Shown here piece after piece: positions 10,279 through 20,075 of a stretch of DNA of 64,000 bases. This stretch comes from Candidatus Woesearchaeota archaeon (lineage in GTDB: Archaea > Nanobdellota > Nanobdellia > Woesearchaeales > UBA11576). The notes beneath the pieces were generated by a model. The model saw only the letters and a program-made list of their open reading frames with translations. It was not told where the DNA came from and did not search any database. The stretch covers positions 36,490 through 100,489 of the forward strand of contig JABJCP010000043.1 of NCBI GenBank assembly GCA_018668595.1, read 5' to 3'. Positions within the stretch are counted from its first letter, which is position 1, and each line of letters starts with the position of its first letter. The translations under genes were made by a program, and so were the position numbers.

Positions 10279-11457
10279 CTAACTATGATTCACAGATTCT
10301 TTTTTGACAGAAAATAAAATTATTGTTCCAATTAATATAATAATTGCCACTCCAACCACAACCACATTAATAGAATACAAATCCATAAACCAACCTAATA
10401 AAACATACAGTCCTGCAGTAAATATGTTATATACTAAACTTTTTACAGAGAGAACTGTTGCTCTGTTTGAAGAAGATATGTGCGCATTAACATAATCTTC
10501 AAATATTATTTCTTGAAATGCGAATACTGCATAAAGTGCTCCAAATGAAATTAGTAATGTTATTGGATTATTAATACCAAACACTGCAAAGATTATTGCT
10601 TGAGATACTAGCACAACTAATAAAGATCCTGTTTCTTTTAGTTTTTTTTCAATTTTATGTGTAAACCAAGAAACAAGCGCTCTAATTCCCATCATAAGTG
10701 CAAGGATAATTCCAAAAAGTTTGACATCAAATCCATTATTTACTAAAAGAAGTTGTTGCCAAAAATCAAAAAAAAATTCAAGTCCTATATTTGATAAAAA
10801 GAAAAATGCGATTAGCCACATAATTTTATTATGAGATAGTGCAAATCGTAGTCCAGAAATTGTTTGATTCCAATGTGTTTTAAAATTTGTTTTTTTGCAA
10901 GTTTTGTAAGGCTCGACCATAGTTCCAATTAATATAGCTGCTGCAAAATAAATTATTCCTCCAACAATAAATCCTAATCTTGGATTTATAGTGTATATAA
11001 AAGGACCTAAAAACAATCCCATAATTGAAGCAATTTGGTTAAATGTATTTATTTTCCCTCTTATTTTTTTGTAGTCTTTTGTTTTATTTATTTTTTTAAC
11101 AGAGTCATATAATAATGCAACATCCGCACCTGATATAAATGAAAATGCAATTCCTACAACTAATGCAATCAAATAATAATGTGCGGGAAGCTTCATCAAA
11201 CCAATAGCAGTAAAACCAACACCATTCAATACACAAGATATAATTATTGCTTTTTTCTTGCCGATTAAATCTGCAAGTGCTCCGGTTGGTAATTCAAATA
11301 CCACAATAACTAATGCAAATATTGTTTCATGAATTCCAATATTAGTAAATGAAAAACCTAGTGATAAAAGATACAATGTAATAATCATCCATGTAAGTCT
11401 AATATGATCAACAAAAGAATATATTCCAAACTTCCATATATTATCTTTCACATGCAT
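10279..11457 (-). CDS. MFS-type membrane transporter
   Basis: 392 aa, about 12 hydrophobic segments, MFS-like loop motif. Confidence 0.6.
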   Translation of the reverse strand: MHVKDNIWKFGIYSFVDHIRLTWMIITLYLLSLGFSFTNIGIHETIFALVIVVFELPTGALADLIGKKKAIIISCVLNGVGFTAIGLMKLPAHYYLIALVVGIAFSFISGADVALLYDSVKKINKTKDYKKIRGKINTFNQIASIMGLFLGPFIYTINPRLGFIVGGIIYFAAAILIGTMVEPYKTCKKTNFKTHWNQTISGLRFALSHNKIMWLIAFFFLSNIGLEFFFDFWQQLLLVNNGFDVKLFGIILALMMGIRALVSWFTHKIEKKLKETGSLLVVLVSQAIIFAVFGINNPITLLISFGALYAVFAFQEIIFEDYVNAHISSSNRATVLSVKSLVYNIFTAGLYVLLGWFMDLYSINVVVVGVAIIILIGTIILFSVKKESVNHS

Positions 11458-11519
11458 ATATGCTGCTAAAATTTATTAAGTTTATAAATTATTTTGTTAT
11501 GATTTGAAATAATAAAATT

Positions 11520-12713
11520 ATGACAAACACACGCAATAGTCCATTCATTTCAATATCACCTACTACATTTATAAAAAAACAACAATTACCTACAATCATG
11601 ACATCTCAAAATTCATTTGCAGATCTTGGGCTAAAAAAAGAATTATTAGTAATCTTAAAGCGATTGAAATTCAAAAATCCTTTAGAGGTTCAAACTAGTG
11701 TTATTCCCTGCGCAAAACAAGGGAAAAATATTGTTTTAACTTCTCAAACAGGTAGTGGGAAAACTCTCGCATATTCATTAGGTTTTATTGATAAAATCAA
11801 CAAAAAACTTGGAATTCAAATGATTATTTTACTTCCAACTAGAGAACTTGCAATTCAGGTTGGAAAAGAAATTAAAAAAATTTGTGATCCTTTAAACCTA
11901 AACACAGGCGTAATTTACGGTGGTCGGGATATTGGAGGAGATCATAAAACTCTAAAAAAGAAGCTCCACATTCTTATTGGTACTCCTGGTAGAATTGTTC
12001 AACATGTTAATGAAAAAAATATTAAAGTTGGAGACACTAAACTCATTGTTTATGATGAGAGTGATCAAATGTTTGATCATGGTTTTGCACGCGAGTGCGC
12101 TTACATGAAAACTCGAATCAGTAAAAACGCGCAAATTATTCTTGCTTCTGCTACAATGACTGATAAAGTTAAAGAGTTCATAGACCACATCATTCCTGAT
12201 TATGAAATAGTTGATCTAGGCATTAGAGTTCCTAAAAATATTGTTCAAGAAAAAGTTTTTTGTGAAAAATTAGAAAAAAATGATTTAATTATGACTCTGT
12301 TCAATAAAACTGGATTCAAACGTGCTCTTATTTTTTGCAATACTAAAATTAAATCATATAATATTGCGGATTTTTTTCAAAATAAAAAATTAAATGCTAA
12401 ATCATTAAACAGCGACCTTGATCAAAATCAACGTATTCAGCATTTAAATTTGTTCAAAGAAGGAAAAATTAAAATACTTGTTACCACAGATATTGCAGCA
12501 CGTGGTTTGGACATAAAAAATGTCGATATTGTAATAAATTACGACGTGCCTACGCGAGATGAATTTTATATTCATAGAGTTGGAAGAACTGGAAGACTCG
12601 ATAAAAAAGGTTATGCTCTAACTCTTATATGTCCTGAAGATATAGACCGTTTTGATAATATTGAATTTGACTATGAACTTAAAGTAAAAGAAATAAAAAA
12701 AGAAGGAATATAA
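11520..12713 (+). CDS. DEAD-box (DESD variant) ATP-dependent RNA helicase
   Basis: Q-motif region, Walker A TSQTGSGKTLAY, DESD box (VYDESDQ), SAT, and HRVGRTGR motif VI. Confidence 0.85.
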   Translation: MTNTRNSPFISISPTTFIKKQQLPTIMTSQNSFADLGLKKELLVILKRLKFKNPLEVQTSVIPCAKQGKNIVLTSQTGSGKTLAYSLGFIDKINKKLGIQMIILLPTRELAIQVGKEIKKICDPLNLNTGVIYGGRDIGGDHKTLKKKLHILIGTPGRIVQHVNEKNIKVGDTKLIVYDESDQMFDHGFARECAYMKTRISKNAQIILASATMTDKVKEFIDHIIPDYEIVDLGIRVPKNIVQEKVFCEKLEKNDLIMTLFNKTGFKRALIFCNTKIKSYNIADFFQNKKLNAKSLNSDLDQNQRIQHLNLFKEGKIKILVTTDIAARGLDIKNVDIVINYDVPTRDEFYIHRVGRTGRLDKKGYALTLICPEDIDRFDNIEFDYELKVKEIKKEGI

Positions 12714-12759
12714 ATAAATATAAAATTAATAAAAAAGGAATAGAAAAAAGAGAATTAAA

Positions 12760-13158
12760 ATGATTAAACTTCCAGATAAATTACAAGAAGAACAAGATCA
12801 AATAAAAAATGAATGGGATAAAGTTGAAAATACTTGGAAAGATTACACCAATGAACTAATTCCTCAAGATATTATTTTTGCAAAAAAGATAATTCAATTC
12901 TCAATTAATGTTCTTAATCACATAATAGATAATTATGACGATAATAAAGAAGAAATGAAACAACTTCAAGAATTTATTGCATATTACCCTATTAATTTTT
13001 TCTATGGTCCTATGGGTGATGATTATAATTATCTTGACTTTGACGAAGGTTCGCTTTATTGGATTTTGTTTAAGCTTAGACCTGATGAACTTGTTCCAAA
13101 ATCTAGTTTTGAAGAAGCAAAAGATGCTGCAAAAAACTTATTAAAAGAATTTGATTAA
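12760..13158 (+). CDS. Hypothetical protein
   Basis: 132-aa ORF between the helicase and the PolB-like gene. Confidence 0.35.
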   Translation: MIKLPDKLQEEQDQIKNEWDKVENTWKDYTNELIPQDIIFAKKIIQFSINVLNHIIDNYDDNKEEMKQLQEFIAYYPINFFYGPMGDDYNYLDFDEGSLYWILFKLRPDELVPKSSFEEAKDAAKNLLKEFD

Positions 13159-13179
13159 AAAAAACACAAAAATAACAAA

Positions 13180-15975
13180 TTATAATTCTAATTTGTTTTC
13201 TAAACTTCTCTTAATATTCACTAAACTTATAATTTTATCTACAACAGAGCAATCTCCTTGATAAAGTTTATTAAGTAAATAATGTCCAGCACTATTTTTT
13301 TTAAAACCACAAAAATAATTTACCAATTTATGAATTGTTCCTTCTCTAATTGATGGACGATCGACTTTTTCGAGATTAAATTCAAATAATTCTCCAGAAC
13401 ATTTATTTTTTTCTTGAGCTTTACGCGATTTATCATATGCTTTAAATTTTTTTAGTAATTGTTTATTTTCATTAGTTACAATACCAAAAAATTTTTCCAT
13501 CATCGCTTCTAAATTATATTCATAACTAATTAAATCTCCTTTTTTTATTTGTTGCTCAGCCATTATTGAAATATATCTTTGTCGTGCGCCTAAAGCATAT
13601 TTATCATAATCTTTTCTTGCTTCTCGTTCATAAGTTAATTCTTCTCGTCGAATTTTTCCTAAACGCAACTGGTTCGCTTTTTTTGCCACATATTCAAGTC
13701 CTACGCGCAAATCACCTTTTAATACAACTTTATCTAAAAAAGATTCATATAATCCTTTTTCAAACTTGCATCGTTCTCCTTTATTAGAATTGTAATCTGC
13801 AATTCCTTGCATCACGAATTGATTTCCTATATTTCCTGCAAAACTTCCTTTATTACCTGACAAAAATACTCCTTCACCTACCACAGAACATAAACCTTTT
13901 GATTCTAGACGACACAATAAATTTTTATCAACATTATCTGATAAAATAAAAGCTTCTTGATTTATATTAATAACATTTCCTTTAAGTAATTTTATTAAAT
14001 CATTCATAACACTAGTAGCCTTACATCTATATTCATCTAAATAATCTCCCTGCATACCTAAACTAAATTCTGCTGCGAATGTTTTTTTACCAATATTTGG
14101 TTTTGCTAATCTAAAAAGCGGATATTCTGCAATTGATTCAAGAGTTCTCATCAATCTTGCTTTTTCTTTAGGATCTCCAGTTAAGAAAGCTTGATTATAT
14201 ATCTTTTTAATATTGTCATCTCGTTCAAGCATATCTTTAAATATACTTGCAAAGGGAAATAGTTCAACCCATACTCCTTTTCTCACTCCTTTTTTTGCGT
14301 CGAGGTTTACATATTTTTTAATCCTTGCAGTAAAATAATCAATCGAGCAAAAATCATCAAAAGTTATTTCATTTTTCTTTGTTCCTAATCCTTTTCTAAC
14401 TTGATCACCCAATCGAATTTTAAGTGAAATTATTTCATCCTTAGGGTATGTATTTTTGTGATCCCAATACCAATTAACCCAATAATCTTCACATAATGTT
14501 TTTTTTGCGGTTGTATCTATTCTTGCAGGTGATGAATGTAATGCTTTTGATTTTAAAATATGTTCATACTTAAGTTGTTCACCAATCATCCAAGATTTCA
14601 TCGAATCTTGTGCTGCATAATATAAAACTTGAAACGCTGCTTCTTTATTTCCTTTTTCTGCCAATGCTGTTTGCACTACAAGTTCGTCATGTGTTAAAGT
14701 TTTTTTAGATTTAATTCCCAGCACATCTTCTAATACAGTGTCTAATTTATTATTGAAATTTTTCATGTAATGTTGAGAATAAGGAGATGGATCAATATCT
14801 AATCTACCTTTCAAAATTATTCGTTTAATAAATCCTCCTGCTGCTTGCACTTCAAGTAATGGCTTAGTTCCTCCCACTCCCACTTTAAAATTCCCAGTAA
14901 GACTTTCGGCTTTATCGTAATCGAATTTTAATTGATTATGCCCATAACAAAAAACAGGTTCTATTTCAGAATATAATGCATTTAATTTCTCGACCAACTC
15001 ATGTTGATCGCAAACATGAATTATTTTAACTTTACGTTTATCAGTATCATCACCAGGAACTGCTACTTCTATTTCATTCATTCCACAATCAAGAGTTGTG
15101 ATTAAAAAATTTTCACCGCTATCTAAACTAATCACTGATGCAGCAGTTAGTCTTTCATTTTTGTTTTTATCAAGAATTTCTTCTATTCCTCTTAGATAAT
15201 CTCTTCTATCCATCCACTTTAAATTTTCTTTATTAAATGTTTCATTGTATGCATCGACTAAATTCAAAAATCTAGAACATAATTTTTCCTCAGGTTCATC
15301 ACGTAATTCTTCTTGTACTCTAACACGTTTCCATTCTTGTGTTTCAAAATCAAGTGCTACACCTTTTACATTTACTAAAATTTTATCAGAAATTAATTCA
15401 TTAGTGAATTCAAAACCGCCATCTCCATCTTCAATCTCTTTTACAATACCAAATGGAAATCCTGCTTGTAATCTTGCTTGTCTTGTTGGACTATTATATC
15501 TATCTCGAATAAATTCTTGTGAAAGAAAAAAGTTTTGTTCATTTTTTTCTAAAAATGGCACTACACAGTGATATGTTTTATACTTTCCTCGTCCAAAAGG
15601 TCCATCTAAGCGCAAGCGCACATCAATGTTTCGCAAAAAATTGTCAATAGCTGTTGATTTTTCTTTTAATTCAGAATGTTTTTTTGTGCCTTCATTAAGC
15701 TTTCCCAGGTCTACTAATGTTTTAAATAATTCTTCTGTATATTGTTCTTGAATAATTTTTTTATAATTTTCAAAACTTTCAAATATTGTTTCTTCTCGTC
15801 TATGTTTTAGTAGCTTGGTAGGAATTTTGTGTTCTATTTTAATTAATTCAAATTTAGGATTTTTCATTTCTCCTGTTTCAGAATCTATTTCCCACAGACA
15901 TGCGTCTACAAGAGATTCTAGTCTTCCTACTAGTGACTGTTTTGGTTTAAGAAATGTCAACCCCTTAGTTACCAT
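13180..15975 (-). CDS. Family-B DNA polymerase-like protein with intact 3'-5' exonuclease motifs and degenerate or absent polymerase motifs
   Basis: 931 aa. Exo I LDFET, Exo II NQLKFDYD (YGHNxxxFD) and Exo III YYAAQD are present in PolB order and spacing. No SLYPS (motif A), no KxxxNSxYG (motif B) and no YGDTDS (motif C) could be found. The only loose candidates are FDDFCSIDYF and ILSDNVD. Confidence 0.55.
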   Translation of the reverse strand: MVTKGLTFLKPKQSLVGRLESLVDACLWEIDSETGEMKNPKFELIKIEHKIPTKLLKHRREETIFESFENYKKIIQEQYTEELFKTLVDLGKLNEGTKKHSELKEKSTAIDNFLRNIDVRLRLDGPFGRGKYKTYHCVVPFLEKNEQNFFLSQEFIRDRYNSPTRQARLQAGFPFGIVKEIEDGDGGFEFTNELISDKILVNVKGVALDFETQEWKRVRVQEELRDEPEEKLCSRFLNLVDAYNETFNKENLKWMDRRDYLRGIEEILDKNKNERLTAASVISLDSGENFLITTLDCGMNEIEVAVPGDDTDKRKVKIIHVCDQHELVEKLNALYSEIEPVFCYGHNQLKFDYDKAESLTGNFKVGVGGTKPLLEVQAAGGFIKRIILKGRLDIDPSPYSQHYMKNFNNKLDTVLEDVLGIKSKKTLTHDELVVQTALAEKGNKEAAFQVLYYAAQDSMKSWMIGEQLKYEHILKSKALHSSPARIDTTAKKTLCEDYWVNWYWDHKNTYPKDEIISLKIRLGDQVRKGLGTKKNEITFDDFCSIDYFTARIKKYVNLDAKKGVRKGVWVELFPFASIFKDMLERDDNIKKIYNQAFLTGDPKEKARLMRTLESIAEYPLFRLAKPNIGKKTFAAEFSLGMQGDYLDEYRCKATSVMNDLIKLLKGNVININQEAFILSDNVDKNLLCRLESKGLCSVVGEGVFLSGNKGSFAGNIGNQFVMQGIADYNSNKGERCKFEKGLYESFLDKVVLKGDLRVGLEYVAKKANQLRLGKIRREELTYEREARKDYDKYALGARQRYISIMAEQQIKKGDLISYEYNLEAMMEKFFGIVTNENKQLLKKFKAYDKSRKAQEKNKCSGELFEFNLEKVDRPSIREGTIHKLVNYFCGFKKNSAGHYLLNKLYQGDCSVVDKIISLVNIKRSLENKLEL

Positions 15976-16000
15976 TTTAAAGTAGGTAAAGACGCAAAGA

Positions 16001-16008
16001 TTTATAAA
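16001..16008. promoter_or_regulatory. Palindromic TATA box TTTATAAA shared by divergent genes
   Basis: Sits about 26 nt upstream of the minus-strand ATG at 15975 (leaderless geometry) and about 69 nt upstream of the plus-strand ATG at 16070 (leader carrying a GGGGG RBS). Confidence 0.4.
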
Positions 16009-16069
16009 CTTATGTGAATTATAATTAATTATAAAAAAAATAAAATGTATAACTTAAGGGGGCGCGTAA

Positions 16070-18535
16070 ATGCAAGAAATTCCACCACACGAAAAAATAT
16101 CTCATTTTTTCCAAAATTTGTATCTTGCAGAGCCATTTCTTTCAGATTATGAATTGTTTGATTCTAATTTATTAATAAAAAAATTAAAAGAAAAAAATGG
16201 ATTATCGGGTCTTTCTACTAAATCCAAAACTAATCCTATGGAAATATTAGAGCAAGGATTTGAAAAAATAAAAAAAGGAAAAGGATTTGGTTCAATTGAA
16301 AAATATAGATGGTATAATAATTACATGTTAAAAGAAATCAGTTTGCCAGATGTTTACAATCCATTTTACGATAAAATCCCTATTTTTGTAAATGGTCTTT
16401 GTGTTACTCAACATAATAAACCAAGAAAAGAAGGAATGGATCCTTATTCTAATACACACAGATTTTCAACATTACTAATTCAAAGCCTAGAACAGTTATT
16501 CCCTCCTGATTTTTTAGAACGATTTTTATTTGTATATGTACAACCAGTTCCTTTTGTTCAAAAAATAACAAAACACAAAGGAAAATTATGTTTAGAAGAT
16601 ATTATCAGACATCCAATAGAACATCATGTTAATAAAAATTTAGCTGAAAAAAAGAAACAAGGCTTTGGTACTTTAATAAAATCAGACGATTCGTCATACA
16701 AAATTGCTAATGCGCATTATGATCCAAAACTTTTTAATTTTAATATGTTTAAAATAGCAAATGCTCAAAATCCTGACTCGAAAACTAGAGAAGCTATGAA
16801 AAGTGGACGATCATTCAACAAATTTTTAGAAATTAAACAAAATGAAATTTATTTCAACAAACAAATAATGGCAATCAAATTTGCTAGATTTCTCGACGCT
16901 ATTTATCCTAATTTAATTAAACTTCATAATGAAATAGGGTTAAATGGTCTACCTATTTATATGGAAAATACTTCTGACAGTGCAAAAATATTGCAATACG
17001 CAACAAAATATTCAAAAACACATATTCTTAATTGTAAGGATAAACCTAATGATAAAACTTCTTTAAGATATTTTAATATAGGTGATGGAATTCTCAATAA
17101 TACTCCTGAACGTATTCCTATTGAAGGAATTGCACACAGCAGCGCGCTCAATAAATTATTTGGTTTTATGCAGGCAATATATTCGAATGTATCAAAAAAT
17201 TATAAACGAAAATCTGTAAAAATAAAAAAACCTGCTAGATTTGAAGTTATAACCTATGATTCAGGTCATCAATTCCCTTGGCTTCTTTTAGAACAAGGTA
17301 CAAAAGGTAAACATCCTAATCTTCATGATTTAGCCAGACAAGTTCTGACAACTCAAGAGCAAAAATTAATTAAAGATTTTGCAGAAGAAAATAGATTAGG
17401 ATTTACTAGAGTAGAACCTGCAATCACCACTCTTTTAAAAACTGATTATTCAATCAATATAAGTCATCCTGCACTTTCAAAATTAAATGGTCGATGGTTT
17501 TCAGAAATTCTTGGGAAAAAAGTTTTAACTCCTGATAAACTACATAGTCCTGATTACAAAATTAATTTTTTTGATATGCCGTCTGTACATCCCGCAGATC
17601 ATAAAGTAACTAGTGACTTTAGAGGTTCTGAATTTTCTCAACCTACTTGCGAATATATAAGCCAAGACTGGCACAACCCAGATCAACTTACAGGTTTTGG
17701 TTGTTCAATTACTAAACTCATAGGTAAGATTGATAGAAATGTGAAAAAGAAACTTATTTTAGAGCAACTAGCACAAGAACCTGAAGAAGTAAGAGATGAA
17801 TTTTTCAAAAATATGACTCCCGATCTAGAATCTATTCCTGCAATTAGAGGTACTGCAATCCATACTTTATTTGCGCATCCAATGAATGAATTAGTTCATT
17901 ATAATACATTAGAATTTGCAGACATTGATCCAGTTCCTTCAGATGTATACACAGAAACAACTTTTTTTCATAAACTAAAATTACAAGCTAGAAATTCAAT
18001 TCAAGAATTTACAGTTTCTATGCATCCTGATTTATATCTGTTTCTAAAAAGAGGCACCGATGAATATGATTTAATTATTGGCGATGTGAAAACTAATCCT
18101 AGAATGGTTGTTCCCGAACATAAATATACTCAGCAAACTGGTTTTTATGGTTGGTTTATTAAACACATTGTAGAAGAAGAGTTAAGAGTTAAAATTCACA
18201 ATATTTATACATTTTTATACAAAACCAATTTTTTTGAGCGTGGCGACGAGCCACAAATAAAATATCCTTCATCATTATTTCGCCCACCAGTTCTTTCAAA
18301 AATAATATTGCATAAACCTGATGATTCAATAATCCAAACCTTGCCTTACATGTTAGCAAACATAATGGAAGAAAAACAAATGTTAAAAGAAGATAAAAAG
18401 TTTTTTGGGCATTATATTAAACATTGTGAAAAAAAGAAATATTGTAAAAAATGTTTTCCTGATTCTAGTCTTGTTTGCAAAAGATTAAGAAATTTAGAAA
18501 GTGAAAATAAAAATATAAATAAATATTTTAATTAA
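16070..18535 (+). CDS. Large hypothetical protein with C-terminal RecB/Cas4-like PD-(D/E)xK nuclease domain and terminal 4-Cys cluster
   Basis: 821 aa. C-terminal HPDLY ... GDVKT ... EHKYTQQTGFY matches the PD, (D/E)xK and QxxxY motifs of RecB-family nucleases. Ends with CEKKKYCKKCFPDSSLVC (C-x5-C-x2-C-x8-C). No Walker motifs. Confidence 0.55.
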   Translation: MQEIPPHEKISHFFQNLYLAEPFLSDYELFDSNLLIKKLKEKNGLSGLSTKSKTNPMEILEQGFEKIKKGKGFGSIEKYRWYNNYMLKEISLPDVYNPFYDKIPIFVNGLCVTQHNKPRKEGMDPYSNTHRFSTLLIQSLEQLFPPDFLERFLFVYVQPVPFVQKITKHKGKLCLEDIIRHPIEHHVNKNLAEKKKQGFGTLIKSDDSSYKIANAHYDPKLFNFNMFKIANAQNPDSKTREAMKSGRSFNKFLEIKQNEIYFNKQIMAIKFARFLDAIYPNLIKLHNEIGLNGLPIYMENTSDSAKILQYATKYSKTHILNCKDKPNDKTSLRYFNIGDGILNNTPERIPIEGIAHSSALNKLFGFMQAIYSNVSKNYKRKSVKIKKPARFEVITYDSGHQFPWLLLEQGTKGKHPNLHDLARQVLTTQEQKLIKDFAEENRLGFTRVEPAITTLLKTDYSINISHPALSKLNGRWFSEILGKKVLTPDKLHSPDYKINFFDMPSVHPADHKVTSDFRGSEFSQPTCEYISQDWHNPDQLTGFGCSITKLIGKIDRNVKKKLILEQLAQEPEEVRDEFFKNMTPDLESIPAIRGTAIHTLFAHPMNELVHYNTLEFADIDPVPSDVYTETTFFHKLKLQARNSIQEFTVSMHPDLYLFLKRGTDEYDLIIGDVKTNPRMVVPEHKYTQQTGFYGWFIKHIVEEELRVKIHNIYTFLYKTNFFERGDEPQIKYPSSLFRPPVLSKIILHKPDDSIIQTLPYMLANIMEEKQMLKEDKKFFGHYIKHCEKKKYCKKCFPDSSLVCKRLRNLESENKNINKYFN

Positions 18536-19470
18536 TCATCGTCGGGTTTAACAGGAACTTCGACTTCAACATCTTGTTCATTAATATTTGAAGCTGAACC
18601 GCCAACACGAACTTCAATTATTTCATTATCTTGTATATCTAAACTAACTTTTATTTCTGAAGGTTTATTCATAATATATCCTTGTTCAAAAATCATATTT
18701 TTACATTTATCACCAGAAATAATACCATGCTTAAACAAATAACAACCCAGTGCTGCATTTGATGTTCCTGATGCTGAATCTTCTGAAACGTCATACAAAG
18801 GAGCTAAATTTCTACAATGCGCAGTTGAATCATTAAATTTAGTTTCGGTTGTAAATAAGTGAAAACCTACAACACCATATTTTTTACTTACTTTTTTAAT
18901 TCTATCAAAATCAGGCTTTATAGCATATAAATCATTTAAAGACACTATAGGAATAAATATATCCTTAATTCCTGTTGAAATTATTTGTATTGGTAATTCT
19001 TTAGAAAGAACTGAATTGGGAATATTTAATAGACTAGTAAATTCCCTTTTGTTAATTTTGTCTAAAAATTGAGGAGGATTTTGGTTCATAAGAACTGTTT
19101 TATCTGATTTAATTTCAATATTAAGAATTCCTGCTTTGGTTTCTTGAGTATATTTTCCAGGTTTAATTATTTTTTTATGTAATAACAAGTAAAACGCAGC
19201 AATAGTTGCATGTCCTGACAAATTAATCTCTCCATTTTGCGTAAAAAATTTAAATTTGAAATTTGCATTTGATTTAGTTGATTTCATAACAAAAACAGTT
19301 ACTGGAAGTTTCACTTCTTTTGCAACTAATTGCATTTCTTCTTCTGAGACTTTGTCTGCATCTAAAACAACTCCTGCGAGACTGCCTCCATTTTCTTTTT
19401 TAGAAAATGCATTTAATGTGTAAACTTTAACAGTAATAGCCATAGTATAATAAATAAAGGCGAAAAACAT
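18532..19470 (-). CDS. PhzF-family isomerase-like protein
   Basis: N-terminal VYTLNAFSKKENGGSLAGVVLDAD resembles the PhzF motif. 312 aa, two-domain length. Confidence 0.6.
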   Translation of the reverse strand: MFFAFIYYTMAITVKVYTLNAFSKKENGGSLAGVVLDADKVSEEEMQLVAKEVKLPVTVFVMKSTKSNANFKFKFFTQNGEINLSGHATIAAFYLLLHKKIIKPGKYTQETKAGILNIEIKSDKTVLMNQNPPQFLDKINKREFTSLLNIPNSVLSKELPIQIISTGIKDIFIPIVSLNDLYAIKPDFDRIKKVSKKYGVVGFHLFTTETKFNDSTAHCRNLAPLYDVSEDSASGTSNAALGCYLFKHGIISGDKCKNMIFEQGYIMNKPSEIKVSLDIQDNEIIEVRVGGSASNINEQDVEVEVPVKPDDD

Positions 19471-19560
19471 TTAAACCTTTCTAAAAAGCACACAAAAAAT
19501 GAATGAAATCAAAAAATTCAAAATATTGATTAATTATTGCTAAGTTGGCTAATTAAAGAA

Positions 19561-20028
19561 TTAATTTAATATCTTCTCCATTATTACCTTATGATCCTTT
19601 TTGCCAATCTGTTTATATCCTAATTTTATATAAAAAGTCTTGACAGGATTATTATCCCATACTTCCAAAAATATTCGTCGAAAACCCAATGTTTCAAAAT
19701 ATTGCATATACCATTTTCCTATCCCTTTTCCTCTATAAGAATTAGATAAAAATATCCTAGTTACTTCTAATTCATAATTCTTAGGAATTATTTGATAAAA
19801 ACCAATTCTTCGTTTTCCTTTCGATAAAATTATAACATCTTTGTAAGTTGTTTGAAAACTTGTACGTACATGTTTAAAATCAAATTTAAAATATTGAGAA
19901 ACATAATTACCAAGTGAATTTTTAATCATATCTCTAAAAAATCCATAATCTGACTTTTTACATTTCTTTTCAGTAATTCCAAATGGGTTTTTCATGTTCC
20001 AAGAAAAAATTTTAAACACTATAAACAA
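19561..20028 (-). CDS. GNAT-family N-acetyltransferase
   Basis: 155 aa. Motif A-like RGKGIGKWYMQ. Confidence 0.6.
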   Translation of the reverse strand: MFIVFKIFSWNMKNPFGITEKKCKKSDYGFFRDMIKNSLGNYVSQYFKFDFKHVRTSFQTTYKDVIILSKGKRRIGFYQIIPKNYELEVTRIFLSNSYRGKGIGKWYMQYFETLGFRRIFLEVWDNNPVKTFYIKLGYKQIGKKDHKVIMEKILN

Positions 20029-20075
20029 ATTAAAAAATTAAATTAATATTAATAAGTAGGTATTAATAACAACAA

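Noticed and set aside
13180-15975. Interpreting the PolB-like gene as a casposon or self-synthesising transposon polymerase.
   Set aside because: There is no cas1-like integrase, no terminal inverted repeats and no target-site duplication in the flanking 5 kb. Neighbouring genes are ordinary chromosomal genes.
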